A stretch of DNA of 63,486 bases, counting the filler. It is 4 parts of 4 records of this genome, joined end to end, with 100 filler letters (N's around TTAATTAATTAA, not from the genome) between each part and the next. Parts side by side here need not be neighbours in the genome. Positions count along the whole stretch, not along the records: positions 1 to 30,073 come from SRR20825019_1842; 3 more parts are not named here. The stretch is one strand, 5' to 3'. The notes beneath the pieces are model-generated. The model worked only from the letters and a program-made list of their open reading frames with translations. It was not told the DNA's origin and did not search any database. Positions 1 to 11,062 of the stretch are shown one piece after another; position 1 is the first letter of the stretch, and each line of letters begins with the position of its first letter. The translations under genes and the position numbers were made by a program.

Positions 1-79
1 GGTTGCTATTCTTGGCAACCGGTGCCGGGAACTATCTCTTCCATCCCAATCGGGGAGCTATTCAGTGTTTAGGGTTTGT

Positions 80-305
80 CCAGCCTGGCCCGGCCCCGGC
101 CGGCGCCGCGGGCGCTCGCCGTCCGGGCGCGGCCAGTCCGACTGCGGCCGGCCGGCCCGCTCGCTTGCCAACCCTGGATCGGCGAGCGACGGCTCGGTGG
201 ACCAGAAGTCGCCCGGCCCGCCGTTGACGCCCCCCGCGCCGGCTACGCGGCCCGGCCCCGGCCGCGCCCGCCCGCCCGTCCGGTCGGCCGGGCAGCCGAG
301 GCCCA
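80..305. promoter_or_regulatory. GC-rich island upstream of glyoxalase II
   Basis: Long runs of almost pure G/C (CCGG, GGCC, GCCG). Only spurious Pro/Gly/Ala/Arg ORFs. Ends ~60-115 bp before the ATGs at 367/421. Confidence 0.6.
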
Positions 306-366
306 CATGCATTTGGGGATGACGCCCATATAAAGTCAACTTGGGCTCTTTAACGAATCCGAGGTT

Positions 367-1568
367 ATGTTTGCGTGCATAAGGACTTTATCCAGGTCAT
401 TCTCCACCAGAAGCACAAAAATGAAAGTTTTGGAAGTCCCCGTTCTCTCTGACAACTACTCGTACCTTCTTGTTGGAAGTGATGGGACTGCTGCTTGTGG
501 TAAGTTGAACAGGTTTGCGCGATCCGATAGACTATGGCTTAGGTTCGCGCAGTGGATCCTGCTGAACCCGATAAGGTTTTGGCGGCTGCGAAGCAGAATG
601 GTCTAAAGTGAGTAGTTCTCTACTCTGGCTGCATTTCACCAGTACTGAATTCTGAACAGCCTGACTTATTTGCTGACCACTCACCATCATTGGGATCATG
701 CCGGCGGAAATGAAGAAATGGCTAAGGTATTGGGCTCTTCGCTTACAGTTGTTGGATGTGGAGAGAATGGAGAGGAGTCTCGCATCCCTGCTATCAACAA
801 GCTCGTTAAGGATAATGAAGTAGGTATCCTAAGGGTAGCGCAATGGGATGCTGACCCATAGCATGAAGGAGTTTAAGATTGGGTCCATGACTGTCAAGTG
901 TTTGTATACACCTTGCCACACTAGGGTACCGTCCATCAACAAAATCATAACTTGGTAACCTTACAAGCTTCGTCAGAACCACATCTTGTACTTTGTCACC
1001 GATAGTGACAGCGAAGATCCTGTGGTGTTTACTGGAGACACCTTGTTTATTGGCGGCTGTGGACGCTTTTTTGAAGGGAACGGGAAAGAGATGTTGACGA
1101 ACATGGATCGCATTGCGAAGCTTCCTCCGTGAGTTTACATGTCATTTTGTTGAGAAGGTGCTAAAGGGTCATTGTATAATCGATGAAGAAACACGATGGT
1201 ATATCCAGGCCACGAGTATACCGTTGCAAACTACAAATTTGCTGTATCAGTTGAGAAAGACAACGCCTCCTTGACTGTATGTTACAATTTGTACTTATAA
1301 TATGACTACTTCTGACTAGTGTACTAGCAAGCATATGCGGACGCCCAGGCTCAAAGAAAGGCAGACAAGCCCACCATCCCTTCAACAGGTACGCCATGGG
1401 TCCGCTGCTTCTCTTTTATTATACTGACATTGGAAATTTCCAGTGGGGAAGGAGCTGGCGACCAACCCGTTCATGAGGTGTAACGAGCCTTCGGTGCAGA
1501 ATATTTTGGGAATAGCAGATCCCGTAGTTGCTATGGACAAGCTGCGGGAAATGAAAAACAACTTCTGA
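367..1568 (+). CDS. Hydroxyacylglutathione hydrolase (glyoxalase II), multi-exon; alternative ATG at 421
   Basis: Spliced product has [58 protein letters not shown] and the LREMKNNF terminus. GT-AG introns include 500-552, 608-659 and 820-868. Confidence 0.93.
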
Positions 1569-1721
1569 GCTTGCACCGGAGTCCGGCCTTGCCGAGTCGC
1601 TGGCTGGAATAATAGCTTCTGAACTGAAACCAAAATAGATTGCCATTCGACTTTATATTTTGCGTGCACCATCTCTAGTATTTCCCACCTCGCTCCTCCT
1701 CTCAAGTGTCCGCTTACCTTT

Positions 1722-2076
1722 TTACTCTCCACTGACCCTGGTGCGATTGTGGCGGATCTTGGCACACTCCGGGCAATCCGTTTTCCCCTGTGGCATTGCC
1801 TCAAGTTATTCAGCCAGGGATCACCACATCACCCCGGAATATGGGTCAATAGGGATCCCTAGACCCAATGCACGCCGGTACTCGTGGATGGGAATGAAGA
1901 ACGCTTCGGACAGTTGCTTCTGCAGGTGGACTGCACCTGTCTAGTAAGCAGAATGCTTAGTAGGCACTGCGGCCTCCGGAATTGGCCAACGTACTGCTAG
2001 TGATGCGAGTAGGATTGTTTCTTACGCTGGGTCGCAAACTGGTTGCGGGATCTCCACTGCTGAGACCGTGCGGCAT
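1722..2076 (-). CDS. Small hypothetical spliced protein (~80 aa) with C-terminal CPEC motif
   Basis: Manual model with two short GT-AG introns gives MPHGLSSG...AVHLQKQLSEAFFIPIHEYRRALGLGIPIDPYSG/GKTDCPECAKIRHNRTRVSGE*. Start uncertain and no family recognised. Confidence 0.35.
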
Positions 2077-2269
2077 TCACGCAGTTCACTTGGCGATAAC
2101 ATCATGGAAAGTGCTGCAGTTAGAGTCTGACTCCAAAATAATCACAGCATTTACTCCGACGGTCATCATTCCAAAACCATGGGCAAAACATCGTCGACGC
2201 CGGTGTCGGCGATCGGCCCGGACGTGGATCGATCACTCCTCGGCCCATGCGACGCACGGATGAGAATCG

Positions 2270-2480
2270 GTGCGGGGTGTGTGCTGCCCTCCCGACAAGA
2301 TGGGGGGCGAGCGGTCACGGCCCGACGCAGCCGGGTCTCACGTCCCCGTTGATCCCTAATCGCAGGACTGCCCTGTGATGACTTGCGGAGGCCAGCGGGG
2401 TGCAACGAGGCCCGCCACTGGCCGCCGCGGCGGGCCGCCGGGCGGCCTGACCGGGTCCAGCCGGAATGGGTCTGGTGGGG
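2270..2480. promoter_or_regulatory. GC-rich island at divergent junction (weaker)
   Basis: GC-rich patch (ggccgccgcggcgggccgccgggcggcc) between the minus-strand small gene and the kinase start. Confidence 0.45.
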
Positions 2481-2567
2481 CGGATCAACGGCCAGTAAAC
2501 ATGCGCAAGACTCACTGTTGAAGTAAGTATCTTGTGCCAACATGGTAGCCCCCTTGAGGACGCTACG

Positions 2568-4912
2568 ATGGCGTCTGACGATTCGAAGTCTATTCGGGCG
2601 GGGGACTCGCCTTCTTCACCAGACACCTCAAAGATGGAAAAGGACTTGGTCAACAGAGTCGCTGAGTTTCTGCGATCCAATACTGTCGATACACCAGATG
2701 GAAACATCGATACAGATGCATTGCTTCAGTCACTCGGGGATGTCCAGGGTGCCCGCTTGGAAGGTAGCGTGGACGTTGGCCGAGAATAATTTTGAAAATT
2801 AATTCTTCTCCAGAGCTATTGCTTCAAGCTATGGAACTTGTTGGAAGTATCCCTCCACCACCCGAAGGCGATAAGGAAGTTGATGTAAGTGAGGCCGAAG
2901 TTGCTGCAGCAGGGCTAGGGGAAGGCTCAATATTGAAGGACCCTCTTATCACCGGTATGCGCGCACCAGTTGTAGGGCTTGTCTGCCTAAGTTAACCCTG
3001 CCGAGTAGACTTGATTAAGCAAGCTGTAAAGAGCGAAGCTAGTGGTGATTCTGTAGGAAGGGATTCCGACCTATCTGTTGAAGACAAGGCGGATGGGCAG
3101 GGTGCGACTGAGGGAAAAGTGGAGAAGTCAGGGGAGCAACAGCAGGTCCAGGGTGAGGAGCCTGATGGTGCAGACAAGAACGTCGATGACGACGATGATG
3201 ACGACGATGACGATGACGACTATGACGACGAGGAATTTACTGAAGACGAATGGTCCGATGACGAAGACGTGGGCTATCGTAGGGTGATTCCCACCTATGA
3301 GGGTATCTTGAACGATAATCCAGAAGAGATGGAGGAGCTAGCTGCGTTTGATTTGATGTATCAGAATGGGGTAACCTTGCACTGGCTTAGTTGGTGTCTT
3401 GTGGCTGACTGCAGTTGTAGGAATTGGACCAGCTTCTCACTTATCCAGTGCACAATGAAAATATGAAGCGCAAGGCAGCGGAGCGGAAGGCATCGGATGG
3501 GTGTGGTAGTAATTCCGTACTTCTGGGATGGGGACTCATTCGATTTTGCAGAGAGATATTGACTTCACCACCAACAAGAACAGAGCCTCGTATGTCGCTT
3601 TCGGAAATGGATCCTGCCGCTGTCGCGGAGAAAAAGGGCGATGCAGTCGAGGCAAGCGACTCTGCGGCGACCGTCCCCACGCAGTCGCTTGAGCAGGTCT
3701 ATGAGTCATTCAACTTGAAAATCGTATACCAAGGAGGGCGTACTGGTTTTGAAGAGTCGAAGGACTATCCCATTAAGATTAACTCTGTGATAGCCGGTCG
3801 ATATCGTATTCTAGAATATCTTGGTTCTGCTGCATTCAGCAAGGCTATCCAGTGCCTTGATATGGAAACCAATCAGCTGGTATGACGCATGGTGTAGTAA
3901 TTTCCATGTTGGTTGACATCCTTGCAGGTTTGCATTAAAATCATCAAGAATAACAAGGATTTCTTTGATCAAAGTCTGGACGAGATCAAGTTGCTGAAGT
4001 ATCTTGGCGCAAATGATCCCAACGACGACAAACATGTCCTTAAAATGTTTGGTAGGTAGAAGGTCGAGTGTATGCAGAGATGACTGAAAGGTGGTGTGTG
4101 CAATGTTAGACTTCTTTTACCACAAGGAGCACCTGTTCATTGTCTGTGAACTGCTTCGAGACAATCTATACGAATTCTCAAAGTTCAATAGAGAATCGGG
4201 TGCTGAAAATTACTTCAATATTCCACGACTACAGAAAATTACAAAGCAAATCCTGACCGCGCTGGAGTTTGTACATGGGCTTAATCTCATCCACAGCGAT
4301 CTCAAACCCGAGAATGTACTTATTAAGAGCTACTCGAGGTGCGATTATGAAAGTTGTGTCTATTCTCGTAGCTGACCTTGGTATAGGTGTGAGGTGAAGC
4401 TGATTGACTTTGGGTCTTCCTGCTTTACGACAGACCATCTTAGTTCCTATGTTCAGTCGAGGTCTTATCGCGCGCCAGAAGTCATATTAGGACTCCCGTA
4501 CGATCAGAGGATTGATATCTGGTCGTTAGGATGCATATTGGCGGAGTTATTGACGGGGCTGGTGTTGTTCCAAAATGATTCTCTTCAGACGCTATTGTGC
4601 CGTGTGCAAAGCATTGTTGGGCCATTCGATGAAGAAATGCTCAAATGTGGCAGGTACGCTCATAAGTTCTTTAACAGCGATGGTATTGTCTATGAACAAG
4701 AGAAGGCGGATGATGGGACGTGCCGGTATGCCTTCCTAGCGCCCAAGATCACGACCCTTCGCCACAGACTGCACACTGATGACGAGGCCTTCCTGGATTT
4801 CTTGGGGTGTCTGCTGCAGAGCAATCCGAAAAAGAGGCCCACAGCAAAGGAAGCGCTCAAACATCGTTGGCTGACTCAGGTGACCTATGACGACAGCCCT
4901 GACGAAGAGTAA
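2568..4912 (+). CDS. DYRK-family kinase, DYRKP (plant-type) subfamily, multi-exon, long acidic N-terminus
   Basis: RTGFEESKDYPI..NSVIAGRY, YLGSAAFSKAIQC, NNKDFFDQSLDEIKLL, HSDLKPEN, KLIDFGSS, SYVQSRSYRAPEV. GSAAFS and RTGFEE are DYRKP hallmarks. Start approximate. Confidence 0.9.
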
Positions 4913-5082
4913 AATAAGAGCGCAAATGAAATGCACGAGTCAGTCCGATTTACTTTTGCAGAAAGCATAAAAAAATGTGCAACCGATGAAGCAGCCGCCT
5001 TCGCAAATATGCAGTACCTCATGCGCAATAGGCGCGGACAGCATGGAATGAAACTCACTAGGGTTCCCCAGCTGATGTGATC

Positions 5083-6360
5083 TCATTCAACCTCACCAAA
5101 ACCTTCATTTTGATTGATCATCGTGTCAATGATCGCAGACAGCTCATGGGCATCATCAGCATTTGATGTTCCCTCGTTATTGTGTGCATAGTCATCCATG
5201 GCTGATTGTAAGTCACCAAGCTCCAAGCCAGATGAGTTAAACGACCACTGCCGAGATGGCCCCGTCGGTGGACCACCGCCACCACGATACGAGTTCAGAA
5301 CCTTTAACACATCCGTGTTTGGGCTTGCCGGCACACCAGCGCTTTGCATGAGAGCGCCGAAAGGATCATGGTTGACATTATTCGACACGACTTGATCACT
5401 CGGTATAAATTCATCATCATCTTGAACCTCCTCAATAGATACGCTCGGCTTCTTTCCTGGCTTGCTCTCACTACTGTGTCGCCCGACAATGGTGGGAGCG
5501 GCCCGCTCCTCTGCTGTCCACTGTTCTGCATCTTCATTTAATTCCTGCAACCGTTCCTTCCTCCGCCTCTTATTTGTATCTGCACTGGAGTCTGCAACAC
5601 GCTTCTGGCTTGCCCGTTTGTGGGCCGAGGTCTGGCCATCCAAAGGTTGCCCTTTGCTATTGAACATGTTGGCAAAAAAGTTCATCATTCGGTCGACTGT
5701 TCCTTTCGTACTTGCGTGCTGCCTCTTCTGATCTGACATCTCGTTCACTAATTTGTGAATTGTATTCTGCATCTGCTCTTGCTCTTTGCGTAAACGAACA
5801 AGCTCCATGAACAAAATATTTTTGTCTCTCCGCAACTGTTCAACTTCTCCAGAACCCCCAGACCCAAAAGCCCCAACCTCAACTACATCGCGCCGCAGCT
5901 CGTCGTTCTTCTCACTGCTCGATCCTACCGGTTTCCGCTTCATATCCTTCAGCAACTCCGGCTCCCCTCGTTTGAAGTTCTCGTGCTGAAACTGCCAGTG
6001 ATCGGGGTCAGTTTTTCTAAAGCCATATGTATTCAGCTGCCTAACAAAGCTTGAAAAATTGTTGTGCTTGAAATAGAGTGGGAGCAAGTCCCGTCCGCAT
6101 TCCGCAGGCTTCCATACCGTAAAGCTCTTCCCGTCAGGCATCCAAGAAACAATATCATCAGTATTGGGGTCGCTAACTATGTCATACGCCTTCGTGAGAA
6201 AGGGGGGGACATAGTCCTGACGACGATTCGACCGTCCGTTCCCAGAAGATTGCTTGGCAGGAGGTTGCTGCAAGGGCTGACTGAAGGTGGGTTGTGGAAT
6301 GGCAGCATCAGGCATGTCCCAGTCTACATCAAGAAAGTCGGGAACCTTCACGCCCGCCAT
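5083..6360 (-). CDS. Heat shock transcription factor (intronless)
   Basis: HSF DNA-binding domain [11 protein letters not shown]...[20 protein letters not shown] followed by HR-A/B heptads (VEVGAFG...[23 protein letters not shown]). Confidence 0.95.
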   Translation of the reverse strand: MAGVKVPDFLDVDWDMPDAAIPQPTFSQPLQQPPAKQSSGNGRSNRRQDYVPPFLTKAYDIVSDPNTDDIVSWMPDGKSFTVWKPAECGRDLLPLYFKHNNFSSFVRQLNTYGFRKTDPDHWQFQHENFKRGEPELLKDMKRKPVGSSSEKNDELRRDVVEVGAFGSGGSGEVEQLRRDKNILFMELVRLRKEQEQMQNTIHKLVNEMSDQKRQHASTKGTVDRMMNFFANMFNSKGQPLDGQTSAHKRASQKRVADSSADTNKRRRKERLQELNEDAEQWTAEERAAPTIVGRHSSESKPGKKPSVSIEEVQDDDEFIPSDQVVSNNVNHDPFGALMQSAGVPASPNTDVLKVLNSYRGGGGPPTGPSRQWSFNSSGLELGDLQSAMDDYAHNNEGTSNADDAHELSAIIDTMINQNEGFGEVE

Positions 6361-6669
6361 GACGAAACACTACCTTCTTTAAATCATTCCGTCATAAATA
6401 AGTGTTGGCTTTATGAACTTCATCCAAACTGAGTGTCATTGCTCTGGGTATGGTGTAACTACAACTAGCATGACGCCTCCGGTTGCTTTCCTCCACTACG
6501 GCACATGTGAGTAGCGGTGCGTTCGATAGAAGTTCTCCACAAGTGGAAACTTACAAGTGTGCCACCAGGGCTGGAGGACAGTGCCCTTCGAGAAACTTCG
6601 TCTCAGTATGACAGGCCCATACTACAATTGTGTCGTCCAACATGAGGGAATTGTCGGCCAGGCCATGAT

Positions 6670-7225
6670 GTCGCCACCCCCCCGCCTCCTGGCCTGCCCG
6701 CCCCCACCATCGTGGGAGCCCGGCCGCCGGGCCGGGGCCGCGGCGTGCCGTGCTATTATTGATGTGCCGCGGGCCGCGGGCTGCCCGCCCGGCGAGCTCG
6801 GAGCCGCCCGGGACCCACCAGGTCGGACGGCATTGCCTATGGTTGGGACGACGACGGATGAATGAACCAGGTAGCCCCCGAATGATCGTTAAGTCGAGAT
6901 TAATCCTTATTTTGTGACCGTCGGAGACCGTGAGTCCAGCGCGGTCTGGCCCGATTCCGGCCCCGCTGGCCATGTGGTGTGTCCCCACCCATCGGGGGCG
7001 CCCCGAAGGCCGGACCGGCGGGCTGCGGGCGGTGCGGGGCAGCGGGCCGGGGCCGAGTGCCCGCCGGGGCGGCCGCCCCCCGGGCCCGCGCCGGCCGGCA
7101 CGGCGGGCCGGACCGACCCCGGCTGCCGCCCCGGGGCCGGCCGCGCGGGGCCAGTCCCGGGGCCGGCCGCCGGCGCTGGCGACGCCCCGCTACTGGGGCA
7201 CGCGGGCCCCAGTGGTGGCGGCCTG
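6670..7225. promoter_or_regulatory. GC-rich island at HSF / oxygenase divergent junction
   Basis: Two near-pure G/C blocks (~6680-6820, ~6990-7210) between head-to-head genes. Confidence 0.6.
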
Positions 7226-7370
7226 TCTACAAAAAGTTGGAGTTCAGACCGGGTGTACGTGTGGTGCAAAAGATTGGCCGCACTGTGCTGTTTTTGATAG
7301 ATGGAAGTCTCACGCTCTGGCGTGAAGTAAACTCCAGCGCAACGACCGCAATCTTGCACGTCAATCACGT

Positions 7371-8156
7371 ATGGATATTTTGGATGCTTCGTGTCCATCT
7401 TTCGAGGTACTGGTGGATATCATAACCAGCGATGGCTTTTTGTGCCTCCCGATGTCTAGTCACTTTCAGCAAACCGTGCGAACGTGTCAGGATAGCGCCG
7501 ACGTGTGGTTTAAGAATGCAGAGAGACACGAGAAAGAGTGTACTCAGCATCTGTATGGCGAAGGTGGTTCCCTTGGCCTTGTCGGGTGGAATAGGCCCTC
7601 GCTGGCCAAGGAAGTATTTCGCGTTCGTGGCACGAGCACTCAAGCCGGCCTGACTCCAGTTCCATTCCACAAAGGCAAGGATGTATACACGGGGTTGGAC
7701 AGGTGTCTGAGATCACTGTTGGATGCTGTATTGAAGAAATCTGGTGGGCATACAAGTTGCTGCTCCAATGATCTATGCATTCCGGACTCTGATTTGTCGG
7801 ATGGTCAGTTGAGCAACTCGCCATTTGATATATTTTTCTATCATAACAAAGAGCCTTTAAGTGGGGATGAACGGGTTATTGACGACTTCAATTGCTCCGT
7901 GCACGTGGATCCCGGGTACCTTACTTGCGTACCCACATCCGCCTCGCCCGGTCTCACTACGGTAGTGCCTCAGGGTGACACGGTGTGCTCAGTGGAGATG
8001 GGCCTCGAACAGGCTTCGCATTTGGTAATTTTCGGAGGAAAAAGTTTGAGCGATATAACTGGCGGCAAAGTGCCTGCATGCATCCACTGGGTGCAGCGTA
8101 CTCCTGGCAAGGCGCGAGTATCTCTTGTCTATGAGTTGCGCCAGACATTGCTGTGA
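7371..8156 (+). CDS. 2-oxoglutarate/Fe(II)-dependent oxygenase-like protein
   Basis: HVDPG (HxD), distal H in ACIHWV, and RVSLVYELR (RxS) motif. Confidence 0.75.
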   Translation: MDILDASCPSFEVLVDIITSDGFLCLPMSSHFQQTVRTCQDSADVWFKNAERHEKECTQHLYGEGGSLGLVGWNRPSLAKEVFRVRGTSTQAGLTPVPFHKGKDVYTGLDRCLRSLLDAVLKKSGGHTSCCSNDLCIPDSDLSDGQLSNSPFDIFFYHNKEPLSGDERVIDDFNCSVHVDPGYLTCVPTSASPGLTTVVPQGDTVCSVEMGLEQASHLVIFGGKSLSDITGGKVPACIHWVQRTPGKARVSLVYELRQTLL

Positions 8157-8203
8157 TGTTCCTTTGCTGACCGGATATTTCGTCGAAATATATTTTATTG
8201 ATT

Positions 8204-10342
8204 TTACCACTGAAACGCGGATCTCAGTCTAAGGGCCGCAACTCCATGAGTGTTCCACTCAGATCGACTGATAAACATATCGATGCACCCTTCCATGTTG
8301 CTCATGATTGCCGCCCCACGCCAAGTGGTTGTGGACGGAGAGACCTTATGGTTCACAAGGACCTTGACAGTGGCATCGGCCTCCCCTTGGGGCAGACTTG
8401 TCTCCACCCTCCTCTCAATAGTGTCCTTCAGCCCGCGCATCTCTGCAGGACCGCCAGTCAGCAGAATGCAAGAAAACAACCGCTTCCGCACTTCTGGCCT
8501 CTCTGCATCACATCACATCATCAGATATTGGTACCCAGTAGCAATCCGTGTCCCTACCAATTTTCATTACGCTATCGACAACTGCCTTGTGCAGGGCAAT
8601 AAACCCTTCTTCAGGGGGTAACTCCTCCTCCATCGGAACTACATCTGGCGCGGCATCCGTCCCAGGAGCGCCTCCAGCCGCCAACTCTGCTTCTGCCTTG
8701 GCCTCCATTTGTTTCTTTTTGTTCTTCTCTTGCACCTGAGCCTCGCACCATAAGATCCCAACAGACATGCCCATCATTCAATTAACCAACCTCTTGAAAG
8801 AAATCGTCAGCCAAGTCATCGTAGTCTCCCAGTTCCTGAAACACTACAAACACAAGGTGGTCAGGCTCAAGCCCATATCGCCAGCGTACAAGACATACGA
8901 AGTTCAGGCTTGGCCCACAGCCTCGGATGAAAAAGGCCGAGGGTACAAAAGATTCTCTCTCCCCCAATCTTATAGAAATACGCATTGGCTTGATCCGTTC
9001 CAGGCGCGGTCAGTGCGAAGCGAAACTCAACAGAGTTCCCAATATTTTCCTACAGGTCAACTTAGAGTCAGGACTTGTCCAACATGAAAGGAGCAAGGCA
9101 CGAACCGAGCCCAGTTCACAGCATTCCTCCTTCATTTTCCTCAGAATCTGGACATCCTGATGGGTCATATCCCGAATTGGCAGCGGGGGCTGAACATCGG
9201 CAAGCAGGCGGAGTAAACACTGTTCCATATCCGATCCTCCATATGGCATCGTGAAGCGCGAGGCTGGGTTGCAGAATCCTTCATCAACACACGCAACAGA
9301 AGTTTTTTCGTGCCCGATGTCAACAACACACGCTGTGGATTGTCCGGCACCAAAGCAAGAACATACGGACTCCTGATAAACGCGAACAAGAGGAGCAAAC
9401 AGGTCAGATTCAACAAGGCGCGGGGTGTGAACGTGAGTACCAGATGAACTAGAACCTCCTTGAAGCCCATCTCGTTCAGGATTAGGTCGACAATCTCCTT
9501 CACATCCCGTCGGATGAAGTCGTCCGGAAGAGCCAGGACCACCGGTCGATCCTAACCGCACTGAAGTCAGGACTAAATACTCATGTCAACTAGGTTGCAA
9601 CGCACCTTGTAGTCCTTAGGGTTTAGCCCCATCTTATTCTTCAAGATATGGTTCAATATGGTGACCAGGTTCTCACGAAGGGCCATTATTGATAGTTTCG
9701 AGTTGACAGCAAGCCGCCCCTCCTTGATCGGCCAGACAACTTGGAATTTATCAGTGGGAAGAAGTTTGAAAACCTGTACGCACGCATCTAGCCATGAGAC
9801 GTGTTCCAGGCTCATATAAAGCCTAACCTACATCCTCTCCAACAAGGTAACCAGGAAGCTCCTCATTAGGATCTCGCCACCCGTATACCTCCTCAGGATC
9901 AGCCTTTCCTTCCATACGACCAAAGGACTCCTCCCCAAGTCCCTAGGTTGCGCTTGAGTGGTATGAAAATCTATGAATGAAGACTATCATACCTTCTTCC
10001 TTCCCTTTCCTCTTTTCTCAGATCTAATCCTGTTGTGTATTTGCTTCAGACCCTCAGATCTCATGGAACTGTAGTCAATCAAGTCCACCATTTCCTCGTC
10101 TTGCGTCTCATTCTGCGCACCTTCTTTGCACTTCCACGCAATACAGCAGGGTACTGCAGCAAGTGCAACGTGAGCTGCCAGCTATCTTGTCAAAAATTAA
10201 ACTCACCTTGGTGTGGCTCAAAGTCTGTAGAAAAACCAACTCGGAGAAAGAGAGAGCCAAAATTAATTACGACAGCCTTGTCTTTATGCTCGAAGTCCGA
10301 CGAAGCTGCACTTGATCCAGACTGGGAGTCAGCAGCGCTCAT
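8204..10342 (-). CDS. ARP8: Actin-related protein 8 (INO80 complex; plant ARP9-like), multi-exon
   Basis: VVINFGSLFLRVG, WPIKEGRL, ACVVDIGHEKTSVACVDEG, PYGGSD, ILLTGG, and the Arp8-type terminus WRGAAIM...EWNTHGVAALRLRSAFQW. Confidence 0.85.
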
Positions 10343-10499
10343 TCTCGTAGTGGTAAAAGTGCAAATTTGTGAGGCTGGAGTTTCACACTAATATTTTAGG
10401 CAGAGTGAGAGGGGAGAGGTGAGAGGCCTGATTCCAGGCTTGCGCAGCGGCGAGTCCTCGAGGATGGCGACGCATGGCCATTGGCCAAACGGGACGAAC

Positions 10500-10990
10500 C
10501 CAAGCATGCGCTCCGCCCAACTGCCGTCAGTCAGCCCCCCCAACGCGTTGCCATGCCGGCCAGCCGCCAGCGGCGCCGGGCGCGGCCCAGCCGGGGGGGA
10601 GCCCGGCGGCGGGCGGTCCGGTCCGGCCCCCAAGTTGGGTCTCGGAGTGACTCCCGATGTTGAAGTCATCAGTCAGTCGCCGCCGCGGATGCCGGCGCCG
10701 GTCCCGGGCCCGGGCCGCCCCGGCCCCCCATACCTGAGCCCCCGCCGACGGCTCGCGCTCGCCGGAACTTACGGAGCGCCCCGGCGGCGTCGGTCGGGTC
10801 GGCAAGTGGCGGGGCTCGGCTCGGCCGGGGCCGGCGCCGCCGCGGGCGGGGCCGGCGCTTTACGGCCCGGGCCCCTCCCGTCCCGACCGGCGCGGCGGCC
10901 CGGCCGGCCCGTGGCGACTCAGCCACCGGCACGCCGCCGGCGGCCGGTCGACTGCGGCTCGGCTCAGCTGGGCGATCACCGGGGACCCCA
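10500..10990. promoter_or_regulatory. GC-rich island at Arp8 / NagA-RCC1 divergent junction
   Basis: Near-pure G/C stretches between ATGs at 10342 (-) and 11063 (+). Confidence 0.6.
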
Positions 10991-11062
10991 GACTAAATAT
11001 GTGCAAAGTAGGATATGAATACAGAGGGGTGTTTGTAGAGCCGCCTTAGGTGAAGCCGTCTC

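Noticed and set aside
3181-3270. GAY triplet run as a microsatellite
   Set aside because: It encodes the poly-Asp tract of the kinase N-terminus.
6515-6550. Heat-shock element upstream of HSF
   Set aside because: GAA/TTC spacing does not fit nGAAnnTTCn.
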